NCBI GenBank assembly: GCA_035084275.1
Contig: CM068748.1
Location: forward strand, 16,988,001-17,052,000
Origin: Hydrolagus colliei
Lineage: Eukaryota
Direction: 5' to 3'
DNA length: 64,000 nt
Of the stretch, positions 1 to 64,000 are shown piece by piece (positions within the stretch are counted from its first letter, which is position 1; each line of letters begins with the position of its first letter). A program made the translations under genes and the position numbers. The notes beneath the pieces are model-generated. The model ran no database searches and was not told the origin of the DNA. It worked only from the letters and a program-made list of their open reading frames with translations.

Positions 1-1739
1 GAAAAGTGGTGATTTGGGGTGACCAATGGAAAAAGATGAAAAGTGTGAAGAAAAAAGATCACACTTAATTTTTAAAAATTAAGAATCGGTGTGTGTAATT
101 AGCATAGTGACAATTCATACCCTTCACTGTTCAAAATTAAAATTCTTTAAAGCTGATTTGGCATTTCTATTTTTATTGCCCACCAGTGTATTGCAGGCAG
201 TAGGCTTTTTGTTTGATCTTTTACACCGCAGGGTAATGAACATTTGTCTCAAGTGCACTAAACGCTGAAGAGGATAAAGCCAATTTCCTGTTATAAATTG
301 CAGAGGTTGTTACTTAAGGAAAATATATTTTTCTCTGTAAAATCTGTGTAGAATGCAGCTTATAGTTATAGCAGGTCAGTGTTATTGGTCATTCTTTATT
401 GCTCTGTTTGTCCACACGTTTAGGATCATATAAGTTTAGGTTATTAATTCATGAATGTTACTGCTGAAAAAATGTCAAGATAGTGCCATTGGTGCAAGCT
501 TTTGGCATTGATCAGATGTGCAACTGGGATCTGAGCCTCACGTACAGGAAGCTGCCAAGTAGTTGTGAGGACAAAGACAGAGCAGTAATCAATGAAGTGG
601 CTATTAAACCATTTGTGAAGTTCTCCAAAGCAATGTTGAAAAGCAATTAAAGTGGAGGGGGAGGGGTGGGGGAGGAAGGAAACTATTTATAATTAAAGAA
701 ACATTGACAAGCAATTAAGGTTTTTTGGAAGGTGGTAGGTGGATGAAACTATTTCTGGCTACTATTTTTAGTTAGCGTCATTGCATCTGGAGTTTAGACT
801 TAGTAAAAGCCACAATACCATTTTAAAATTAAATAGATTTTAGTAAATTCAGCAAAGATTCTGAAAGATAATTCTCTCTATCTGGAATGGCAAAAAATTT
901 TTTTAACATCTTGTTACTGTGTCATTGAAAATAAATTCATTCAGCGCTATTAGTGTAGTAACTGGGAATGACCAGACTGATGGTATTTGCTCAGCAATGC
1001 AGAATGACCTTATCACATCACCCTTCAGAGTAACAATAAATCATGATTTTTGACATAATTGGCTCAGCAAGCATACATTTCATAGTAGATGATATATTTG
1101 CAAAATTTTGGTGGAAAGATAGAATAACCTTGAAGAGCAAAGGTAAAAGTATATTGAGGGATTTGTGATTACAGTAGAGCCTATATATTCCTTGGACCCC
1201 TATTTTAATTATGATCTTTTGAGGCATTTCTCATTTATTGTTGCAATGTGATTAGAACAGATTTTATTAGCTGCTCAATCTCGCCTTCAAGTCTCTTTTC
1301 TTTCATTTGAAACAGTTCTTTGGATTTTTCTGACAACTTTTTAAAAATATTAATATTAGATTAAATCACACTTACAGAATTGGGTAGCTTAGTGGCTTTA
1401 CTTCTATCAAACCTTGTTTTTAATTCCCCAACAACAACCAGCCCGTTTCTTGTGAAGAACAAGTGCATTCTTATGAGTAGTGTAGAATATGGTGTCCCGA
1501 CATCTAGGCCAGCAATCGTGACCAATTTGTGTGCCACAATGTCATGGGACATTTCATAATGAGATGTGTTGCCCACCACAAATCTTGCAGTGAGTTCCTT
1601 GTACCTACCTACCATCTGCTTTGTGAGGGTTGAAACCCACATTAGTTGGATGTTGAATGACCAATCAACCTGTGGGTGTGGGGGTGTGAGAGGAAATGAG
1701 AGAGGTCTCTAAATGTCACTGGGGTAAGGGAGTCATCTC

Positions 1740-1945
1740 AAAGCCCTATCGGGTATGGTGGTCTTAGCTAGACAAACAACAATATCAATGGCAAGCAATG
1801 CAGTTTTAGCTGGTTAGACTCCAGAAGTATCCCATCACACATTCTGGGCTCCAATTAAACTATTAGGTACAGATTGGGAAACTTTGGCTGTTGTTTTGGA
1901 TACTCTTGATAGTGGGTTTCCACATGCGTAAGACCCCAAAAATAT
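1740..1945 (+). repeat. Unclassified dispersed repeat, copy 1 of 5
   Basis: Shares aaagccc..ggg, caatggcaag, gcagttttagctggtt.gactccag and cacattctgg blocks with the copy at 45059-45440. Confidence 0.7.
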
Positions 1946-3063
1946 TTGACAAGGGGCATTTCTCTCACTTTCTCTCTAAACTCTTCTAGATAATGACCTA
2001 GACACTATTCAGAGAGAGGAAGTAGAAGAACCATAAGGAGATGATGACTGTAGTATGATAACATTCAATTTGACTCATTTTGGTAAATTTCAGGGATGTG
2101 AGGAACAAGTTTAGTAACATGCTCAATGAAAATCATTCAAGAATATTATTACGTACAATACAAGAGTACACAGACAAGTTCACTGTAAGTAAACATTCCT
2201 CACTGACCACAGTACTCTTGAATATATTTTACTCTGTGATAAGTAGCAAAGTATGGATTTAATGTATACATTCATATTATATTTGTATATTTGGCTATGT
2301 AGTGAAGTTGTGTTAACCTCACAATAAATTTACATTTTATGGCTGAAATAAAAGTTAGAATTTAAAATTAAGAAGGGAATGAGTTACATAGTCAATAGCC
2401 CAGAAGTAATAGTTCCTTCTTTGGTGAGCTAAGTTTAGGCCCCACTCAAACAAGGCAGTACCAATACTGTGATGTAAATGTGCTCATTGCAACATTTTTA
2501 CTGCTATTTGGCTCTTATCCCTGTCAATAGCTTGTAGCTGAAAAGCCCTTGGGATCAAACCAAGTTTCCATCAAAATTGTTATTTGATTTGTTTCTGTCA
2601 GCAAGCATCAAAGTTACATTGGACCCTGTCTCTCTTTGCCACCACCCTACTTCCCTAAAATCATAATATAAAAGGATATATGGTTATGTTTAATTGTCAC
2701 TACCAATATAAATATAATGCAACTGAAGGAGATGGGTCCTTAATTTTATATTTAAGCTTGATTATCTTTCAGTTTACAAGAAATTTTAAAAAGTCTAAAA
2801 CATTTGAAATTGCAAGCAGTCTGCAACATTTCACTGACGCCTGATCTGTAAACTCTTAATCCTGGATATCATTAAAAGTTATCCAATGTTTTGAGTGCTG
2901 TAAGGTTAATAGAGGACCAATTTTAAAGTTCTTGAACATAGATGTACAGGATTTTTTCTATAGTTAGGATCCTTTGGAGATCACTGCATTTATTCATAAG
3001 GATAGTTAATAGTTCTATTTGAAAACAGCTTTTATGTACACGAGTAAAGAAGCACAAATAATG

Positions 3064-3355
3064 CAGCAACAACAACAACAACTTGGATTTATATAATGCC
3101 CTCCACGCCAGACAGCGTCTCAGAGCGCTTCACAATAACGGATCCCGGGGCTGAGCCAGGGGGAGAGGGAAAAAGGTGACCAAAAGTGCTTTTTCTTTTC
3201 GAAAGGAAAAGACTTTAGGTGCGACCTGAAAATAGGAAAGGAGTGGGCGAGGTAAAGGGAGGGAGCCTCTGGTGTCGTGGCTGAAGTCACGACCGCCGAC
3301 GGTGGAACGGAGGATTCAGGGGACAAGAAGGAGGCCAGACCCATAGAGCGAAGGG
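3064..3355 (-). mobile_element. L2 LINE 3' fragment
   Basis: (CAA)n plus L2-type tail; minus-strand peptide FRSHLK resembles the L2 ORF2 C-terminus. Confidence 0.7.
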
Positions 3356-3942
3356 AATTCATTTAAATTTGTTGCAATGAATGCGGAAGTTAAAATGTGC
3401 TCAGTAATAGTATTCATAACCTATTTATACAGCTTTCAATACAAATGATTAGCTGCAAACAACAGATGTATTTCTCAGTCCTATTATCCCTGAAACAGAA
3501 TATAAAATATGAATATGAAATCTATATGATTAGATGCTGGCCTTGTACTTCATATTCCTAGTTGTTTCAATCCCTTATGCGTAACTTAAACATTCACATT
3601 CACATGAGGGTGAGATGGTATATCAACGTTACCGCAGGCTCTCCCGTTTATCCATTTATGACTGGGTCAATAGAAAAGTGCGGACTCACTTTTTCCACGG
3701 AATTTGCTACAAAGCGGTGCCTGCTACAAATGTGTTATAAGCACTTCCCTCTGCTATACACCTGTACACCACAGTGTGCTAGGTCCCAGGCCTCCGCACT
3801 TTTTTCACTAGTAGGAAGGAAAATATGAATATTTCTCTTCTCACTTGTGGATTTTAGTGTATGCTTGATTTGGTGTGCTTTCAGTGTGGTATCTTGTTAT
3901 TTGCATTTATTTGCTTTCTGTGATTTATTTAGCTATCTTTTA

Positions 3943-4060
3943 AGTACAGTAACACTCTTGCCCCTCAGTCAGAAGATTGCGAGTTCAAGCACCATGTTGG
4001 GATTTAAGCTCCGAATCTAGGTGATTTGATACACCAATACCGTGTTGAGGGAGTTGTGAT
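3943..4060 (+). mobile_element. tRNA-derived (Deu/SacSINE-like) SINE 5' fragment
   Basis: acactcttgcccctcagtcagaagattgcgagttcaagc head with a B-box-like gttcaag, followed by gaatctagg...tgagggagt. Confidence 0.55.
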
Positions 4061-4989
4061 GAGGCACTGTATCATATACAAGGATTAGTATTATTCAAAT
4101 CTTTATTTAAATTCAATAATTTTTCACTGGGGAGGAAATAAATACAGTGCTTAATGCTAGTCCAGGCATATGTTCATTAATGTAGGTGAAACTACTCAGT
4201 GAGACATATAAAGCAGATTTGCATAAGCTAAACTGCAAAAAAGTATTTTTAGCGACTTAATAACATGTACAACAACCAAAGGGGAGCAGTAGCGACAATA
4301 CTTCTTATTTCTTGTATTCCTGAGTACATGTTCACTTGATTGCACATCAACTCTATTTTGTTCATATTTTATTTTCCAAATGAGGTTGTTGAGTATCATT
4401 TAATACAACACAAAAATGTAATTCCATCAGTTATATATCTTTACTAGGTATACTTTTTAGAGTTAATTAGAAAATGTTTGAGATTTATTTTATATCAGAT
4501 TGATTTCTTAAAAGGTCTATGTTAGGTTATGGTGACCTTGGAAAGAGTAATGACAGATCAGTGGAACAGACCATTAATGATTCATTTAGAATCTTAAGTT
4601 TTTCACCTTTTATTTCCAGTTTATCATTGTATTTCTTAGAATCTTATTTTCCTGCATGCTATGCCTCATGTTATTGTGCACAGCGCAGGAGAGTTTGTAA
4701 AGCGGATGAATTGCTTTCTGTCGGAGTATTGTAAGTGTACAGTTCTGTTCAGTTGACAGTAGATACTACAATAATTCTTACATTCAAACCAAAAATTTGA
4801 CACCAAAGAAAAGCGAATTGAGTGTTATCTTCCTTCAATGTACTTTTGAAAACAAGAGTGAAAGCCTTCGGGGAATACTTTCAGCCTATTAATCTTTCCC
4901 TTCAGTTCAGGAAGATATTCCATTTCAATGCCTCTTCTGCTAATATTTTGTGGCTTTCATGCAATCAAGCCTATCTAAAGCACCGATTG

Positions 4990-5095
4990 GCAGGTAGGTT
5001 AAGGGAGCTGCACTGGATACCATCAGCTCACACCTGGAACTACATCATTGAAGTGGCTCTTGTCATGATCAAGACCCTAAGTGACAAGAGCTTTA
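4990..5095 (+). mobile_element. Degenerate L2 ORF2 fragment
   Basis: LRELHWIP...IKTL resembles the L2 LxxLHWLP motif. Confidence 0.4.
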
Positions 5096-5624
5096 GAGAT
5101 GGTCGATATTCAGGGGTTATTCCAAATATAACTTATTTTCCCAGATAAATTCAGAATTTTACATTCTTAATTTTTTTTGAAAAAAATTGTCTGACCAACA
5201 TACAGTTTTCCTTTTAAGAAAATTGTGGGTCTCATTACATTTGTCTTATGTACCTCTTTCAGCTGCACTGGATAACCAGTGATAACCAGAAAAGAGAATA
5301 AATGGCTAAGTTCTTGATGGGTACATTTGCAATATTACATTTTCTCTCCCATGGCAAAGGGTTTCAGATGTATTCAGTTTAAAAAAATGAAAACAGCAAC
5401 AAACTGGAAACTAAATCCTATGAAAGGATTCCACTGGGCACGGAAATTGAGTTTGGGCAAATTTTCTTTGTTGATCTCAAGTACTAAGGAAACAATGTAA
5501 ACATCTGGAGTGGCCTCTTGAAATTGGAAGACTTGAGAAAAGACATTGGTGGTGTGGACATTATACTATATGAAACATGTTCCTGCATAAAACTGACAGT
5601 TTTTTTGGGGGGTGGGGTTATCCT

Positions 5625-5795
5625 TTGGGTGCAGATTGACTTCCTCCAGGGAGAATGTGCATATTGAATTTCAGACTGAGGGAAATTTATGTGTGTAATT
5701 AGCATGCATAAGTAGAACTCTTTCTGGTCTGGATGCTCTTAAGCATGGTTATGGGTTTCCACATGTATCAGAATCCATCTGACCCCCGAAAAGTA
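5625..5795 (+). repeat. Unclassified dispersed repeat, copy 2 (3' part)
   Basis: cctccagggagaatgtg and ggatgctcttaagcatggttatgggtttcc match 49090-49190 and 45300-45410. Confidence 0.7.
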
Positions 5796-7919
5796 TAAAA
5801 CATACTTTTGGATAGCTTTGGGTACGGTTTGTTTTGCATCTTTAAGAATGTTTAAAAAAATAAATAATGCTAGTTATTCCAGGATGCAGGTGGGTGGTGG
5901 CTTTTACCAGGTGGGGAAAGTTATTGAGTTGGGTCTGTCCAATAGCCCAGCTCTGAATTCGCTGGACATTATGAGGTAGTTCAAGGCTGAATCTTGTCAA
6001 CCCTCCTTGGAAACGTCTGGTTAGTCACAATTGAAAATTCAGTGTACATTTCTTGATTAGTATGGAATTAAGCACAGTTTATCTGAAACAATAAGAAAGG
6101 AAACATATGAAAGTAAACAAAGAGTGGTTCAGTAGATTAAAAAAGCGGCTACAACAACAAATTACATTTGTATAGCGCCAACATCCCAAGGTGCTTTTAA
6201 CAATGACGCTTGCATTTATATAGCACCTTTTCAAATGGGATAGCATCTAAGAGCATTGGAGGAGGCAATAAACTTAACAAGGAAGCATGTTTATGTGAAT
6301 GAATCACGTTGGAGAAATGCCAGACACATTGAATAGGTTAACAGTTCACTAACTATATCTTTTGCATAGACAATGGCTTTTTAATGTGATTTGTTATGTG
6401 TTTGGAGTACTTAGTAATAAATAATACACAGGAAGGAACAATGACAGCAGCAGACTCGTATTAATTACAGTTGGACAAATGCATTTATTTTTCAGGATGC
6501 CAGAATTAGAAAGTAACTTGTTTTTGCTAAGTGAGCTGCCAGCCCTAAGTCCAACAGAACTGTCTTTGTCAGGGCAATTGGTATATGTGATTTTATCAAA
6601 AGAACAAGGGAAGACAATAAAATTGGAAAGAGAAAGAGTTGAGGAAAAAGATATTAATATGAATGAAATTACATAACTGAATCCCTTTCATCTTGATCAT
6701 TACAGGATTTGGAGAAAAGGGAGAATGAAGTGTAATTGTTCTGCAAAACCCTCTGATTGTAAATAGTTACATTAAAGTATTCAAATATGTGACAGCAACT
6801 TTAGCTGTGTGGTGTAATCTCCATTTAAATTGCAATATTAGGATTTTAGATTAATTATGTAACTCACAATCTGAGGTATTTCCTGCATTAACAGAATTAG
6901 TTAGAATTAAGAATGTTTGTTCTACTGTAATTTAAGGATATAAAGGGCATCTCTTTTCTCTAACTTCTTTTACCATTTCTGGATGGCATAATTTGAAAGT
7001 ACACATAAGAAATGAGTACTGTATTTTTTTTTCTTTAACTCCATTTTGTCTATTCGATTCAATCCTGGGAGTAAAAACAGTCCAGGGATTAAAAAAAACA
7101 AGTAAGTGTGTGTGTGCGTGTTGTGACAGTAATGTGATAAATAATCTGACTGAGAGGGTCAGATGCCTAAGACCTTGAACAGGAATTTTGAACATTTCAT
7201 CAATATCAATTCAATCTCCAGATTCGTTATTCTCTTGGATCACGCTAAAACATGTGTTGCTTTGTAGTATTCACAAATCTAATGATTTCTTCAGCTGTTT
7301 TTCCTGGCAGAAGTGTCCTGGCAGAGTGGAATAGATCACAGGCTCCTTGCTACCAAATTATGATTTGACAGGCAGCAATATTGTACTATGTGATTTAACC
7401 AGCAATAATCTTAGGACAATTCCACTGAATAATAAATGAGAATATGATGGCTTCTATATATTAATATAATTACATGCTGTATGTAAAATTATGTTTGGCT
7501 TTTTCAATGATGGAGCAAAACTGCATGAGGATTGTTCTTTAGTACAGATCAATTATGCACAGAATGCTGACTCTTGGTGCATTTTTACAATGCTGGAACT
7601 ATGAACCATAAATAATTTTCAAACATCCCTGCTAAAATAAATGTGCAGCTATTTGTGGGATTAGAACAGCTTTCACATTTTCCACATTATTGACTGATTT
7701 ATATTGACTAAGATGCAGGTTATTGAACGTCCCCTTGAGCGAAATCATTAACTGATATTGCTGTCTTAGTTTGAATGAAAATTAAGCCACGTTCAATAGC
7801 CTCACTGTAAAATTAGAATCTATAACAATCATAAACAGTGAAAACTGTGTGGATCTGTTGATGAAATTGACAAATTCACTTGCTTTTCCAGAGGATTGAG
7901 TTCAAGATCCTCAGTTTAA

Positions 7920-8235
7920 AATCCTTCCCATCCCACCTCTGTGATGTTATCAAACTTACTAACCCACCCACTTTCTCTGCTTGGCACTGGCCTGCTTCGT
8001 GTCCCAATCCTGCTTGCCCCACCATCAGCGGTAGAGCCTTCAACCTTTCTGCATCTTGAACCGCATCCTGGAGTCCCTTCTCCTCGCCCCATCCCTACCT
8101 TCTTCAAAGTCTATCCCAAGATCTTCCAATTTAACCGTCGATTCAATCATCTTTACTCCCCTGCCACCCAAGCCTCTCGAGTCCAATACGTAGGTTGAGT
8201 CCAAACCCAATACTGTCCAGCTACTTGGGCATCTT
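7920..8235 (+). mobile_element. L2 LINE 3' fragment
   Basis: C-rich; GLLRVP and ISGRAF in shifted frames match the L2 ORF2 C-terminus. Confidence 0.6.
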
Positions 8236-8563
8236 AATAACAAATTGCTTTTACACAGCATCTTTCACATTGGGGTTTTCAAAATAAATATCTTGACTAT
8301 TTTGTTCCTGGGAGCTAACAAAAGCACACACTTGGCCACCTCGAGCATTTTGTGTAATTATGTCTAGTGACCATTTAAGATTAATACTGGAGGCGAGGTG
8401 GACCAGTTTCAGCTTTTATGGTAGACTGATTTAATTGTGGTAGTCTGCTTAACTATGTTCTGCAGCACAACCACACGCTAAAATACTGTGCCAAAAAGAA
8501 CAGTTGAAGCGTTCCACCAGATACTCCAGAGCTGGAGTCTCAAACCCTGTGAGAAACAATATA

Positions 8564-8890
8564 CAGTAAAAGCTTTGTTATCCGGCACCCTCGGGACCTG
8601 ACCAGTGCCGGTTAATCAAATATGCCGGATATTCGAACGGCAAGTTGCTGAAAATCCTACACAAATAATTAACTTATTTTAAAACATACCATATGAATAA
8701 TAAACTAAATAATAACAGAATATTGTATGGATACTTACCAATAAAGCATACATCAATAGTACAGTCAACCCATGCCGAACGCGCACTCGTAAATTCGCGT
8801 TCGCATATACTCAAATTTTACTTGTATTGGGAGATACAGGTCGGTTGAGCGTGCCAGTTGGTTGGTTGCTGGATAACCAAGCTTTTATTG
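8564..8890 (+). mobile_element. Tc1/mariner-pogo (Tigger-like) MITE
   Basis: TIRs CAGTAAAAGCTTTGTTATCCGGCA and TGCTGGATAACCAAGCTTTTATTG (21/24 match); TA at 8562-63 and 8891-92. Confidence 0.85.
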
Positions 8891-9384
8891 TAATAGGCTG
8901 GAAAGGAAACTTCTTGTAGCTATTTGTTGCTTATCATTTGCAACATTTTTACTGATAATTTTTCATGGATACTTAGCACTGTTACTTTGTGATAAGAAGA
9001 GCAATGTATCCAATTTACCAATATTTTATTCAGCATTTAGATTTAGCATTGATTTTGCAGAAATGTTTTTTCTCTCTATTTTTGAATCCCAATGTGGAAG
9101 CTGCTTCTAAAAAGTAGATCTTAAATTAGCTTGCTCTTTTCTCACAAAGCCATAGCATCAGTGACAGTTCCATTGGAGCAACATGTGGATATTCTCTTGA
9201 TTTGTGGACTATGTTTGGATCGTGTGACTCGAATGGTGGTGAAACAGGGTTCGGCTGATGTTTTTCGAGAATAAGCATTTTCTAGGATGCAGAACCATTT
9301 TCTGAAGTTTATTAGAATCTTACACTTGTAGCATAGCAAAAAAAAAGGAAGCCATTGACTTTCATGTTTTTCCCCCACTTCTAG

Positions 9385-62128
<52,744 letters not shown>

Positions 62129-63550
62129 TTTTTTGTTGGGCATATGAGGTACTGAAAGGAAATCCTGCCTGGCTGAGTGCAAGAAATCCATTTCTGGGTT
62201 TGTTTGGCTGAATTGTTAATGGGAAAATAATTTTAAAGTAATTATTAATGGCACTTTGCATTCAATCTGTTGACAGTAGGAAGCCTTATTTATTTTTTTT
62301 AAAACTCAACATTCGATGAGGTTGTTACCTTTGTGGTACAACTGTACCTTTCCTTTCTGTGCTTGGCTTGAACAGTGTATAGAAATAAAGAAATATGGAG
62401 ATTGAGGCCTGCAAAATTCAATAAGAATGTTGACTGCATTTATACGCAGTAACAGCCATGCAAAGGAAATTTTAAATGTGCCTAATTGCCCATAGAAAGG
62501 ATTTTGAAGGTTATAAAATAGTGAAGCGAAAAGCTCAAATGGTGGACAGCTTTAACTGACTTGTGGCTGAAACTCGGATGCTTTCGTACTTTGGACTTCT
62601 GTTATTATACAAGTGTATTGGATTTTGTTGAGCTGATGCCTAATTCAGCATGCAGCAGAACATCATTGGAATTTGTTTGTGACAGTGTGTCCTTTAGTAA
62701 AACAAAAATGTGTTGTGTTTAACAGCAAGCCATTTCTTATGTTTTGCCTTTATTAGGTTTTACTAGCTTTGAAGTCAAATGAAAACTATATTTTTGTTAA
62801 TTCTGAGATTGTAAAAATTGTAAAAGCTAGACCTTGAGTTCATTTGGCAATTTTGAAGGGGTTACTTGCAAAATGTTAAGTGTAAAATTTAAATATTTCT
62901 TTTTTGTAATCTTTCTTTCCTTCAGTGAGGCAGCTTTATAAATGCAAAGTATTCAGTTTGACAAATGAAGGCACAAATTTGGTTTAACAGCATATCTGAA
63001 TATTTGTACCTGTCAGTTTCATTTAAAGCATAGCTTTCTCTCAAAGTTCAGTAGCAGCTGAACATGCTGTCTTATATGTCCAGAGTTATGTTGGCCCAAT
63101 GATAAACCACCTTGAACTATTCATTGGCATTCCATCGGTAGATTTTTCTATCTTTAGAGAATATCGAAGTTATATTTTAACAAAAGCTTAGAACTGTAGT
63201 GTGTGAATAGACCAACATAAGCTTACAAAACGCATGTAAAAAGCAAAGGTATTTGTGTCTGTTTATATTTCTTCCTTTTTGTATCCTTTGTACTTGTACA
63301 TGGTGACTGTAAGGACTGAGAGGAAAAAGCTGGATACATGTATAAAATAGGACGCAAACAAGTGAGATGCACTTGTATTTATCAGTTATCTTTCTAGTCA
63401 GTCACCTCAAAGGACGCTGTACATTTTAACATGGAATAAATTATGTTGAGCCATTTACAGATTTCTTGTGCTCTGCAATTTTTCAAGTTCTTGGTAAAGG
63501 ATATAGAAATATCAACATATATGTATTAAAAATATTGATGTGCAATAACA
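62129..63550 (+). other. KAT6B: KAT6B 3' UTR (3' end uncertain)
   Basis: AU-rich, no recognisable repeats after the stop; AATAAA at 62384 and 63435, ATTAAA at 63525. Confidence 0.7.
63435..63440 (+). terminator. Candidate polyadenylation signal
   Basis: AATAAA with upstream TGTA motifs and downstream T/GT-rich sequence. Confidence 0.5.
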
Positions 63551-64000
63551 ACCTCGAAGGGAAAAAACCCTCAAAGAATACACTTAAATGAGTGTGTTGC
63601 TACTTTCTTAATATATCCGACATTTATCAGAGAATTAGGTCTAAATTTCATGTCGACATTTCCTCTTTACGAAATACCTGTGTACCCATTGTCATACCTG
63701 TTCCACAGGTGTAAACTGTGGAACTATTGAAAAGATGCATGTCCCTTTAAAAGCCATGTTAGACCTATAAAGACACTTATGCCAATATATATATTTTTTG
63801 CTGTCAGCAAAATATTCTTGTAATATTCCTGTTCCAGGCTTGTATTTGCTTTAACCTGGGGTCTTAAGTGTTTTTCCAACAAAAGTACAGTATTACATTA
63901 TATTTTTAAGCAAACCATTATATTTTTAAGCTTGCCCATTCATCTCTGCATACTATTGGATAATTAAGCTATACATTATCTATATTGATGTTGTAGAGCT

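Noticed and set aside
440-650. Possible conserved non-coding element (also 38800-39060)
   Set aside because: Only a compositional impression; it cannot be supported without alignments.
654-679. G-quadruplex-forming run
   Set aside because: Short simple G-tract with no supporting context.
1361-1642. 93-aa minus-strand ORF
   Set aside because: No domain; at most a very decayed CR1-like tail (LKTRFD).
5006-5274. 14-bp direct repeat agctgcactggata as a target-site duplication or cryptic exon
   Set aside because: Both copies encode the L2 LHW motif and are likely two L2 remnants; no recognisable insert lies between them.

Overview
AT-rich vertebrate genomic DNA containing most of one + strand gene, the MYST histone acetyltransferase KAT6B (MORF/MYST4). 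Fifteen coding exons (9385-62128) join in frame through GT-AG introns into 5364 nt (1787 aa plus stop), covering the double PHD finger, MYST HAT domain, acidic region and Ser/Met-rich tail, followed by the 3' UTR. The first coding exon (NEMM/winged-helix region) lies upstream of the window. The repeats (tRNA/Deu-type SINEs with L2-like tails, L2, CR1, RTE, DIRS relics, Tigger-like and hAT MITEs) suggest a cartilaginous fish, possibly a chimaera; this is inference. There is no prokaryotic system, CRISPR array or intact RNA gene. Most notable observations: (1) the 902-nt exon has three in-phase 5' donors giving 0, 1 or 2 copies of a GLxDGL motif, followed by a stop overlapping AATAAA and an RBFOX/QKI-motif-rich intron; (2) a perfect 38-bp hairpin just after a catalytic HAT exon; (3) a 66-bp long-range inverted repeat; (4) several decayed DIRS tyrosine-recombinase retroelements; (5) an unclassified 5-copy repeat with apparent stem-loops. 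Comparisons with human and consensus sequences are from memory, not from searches.
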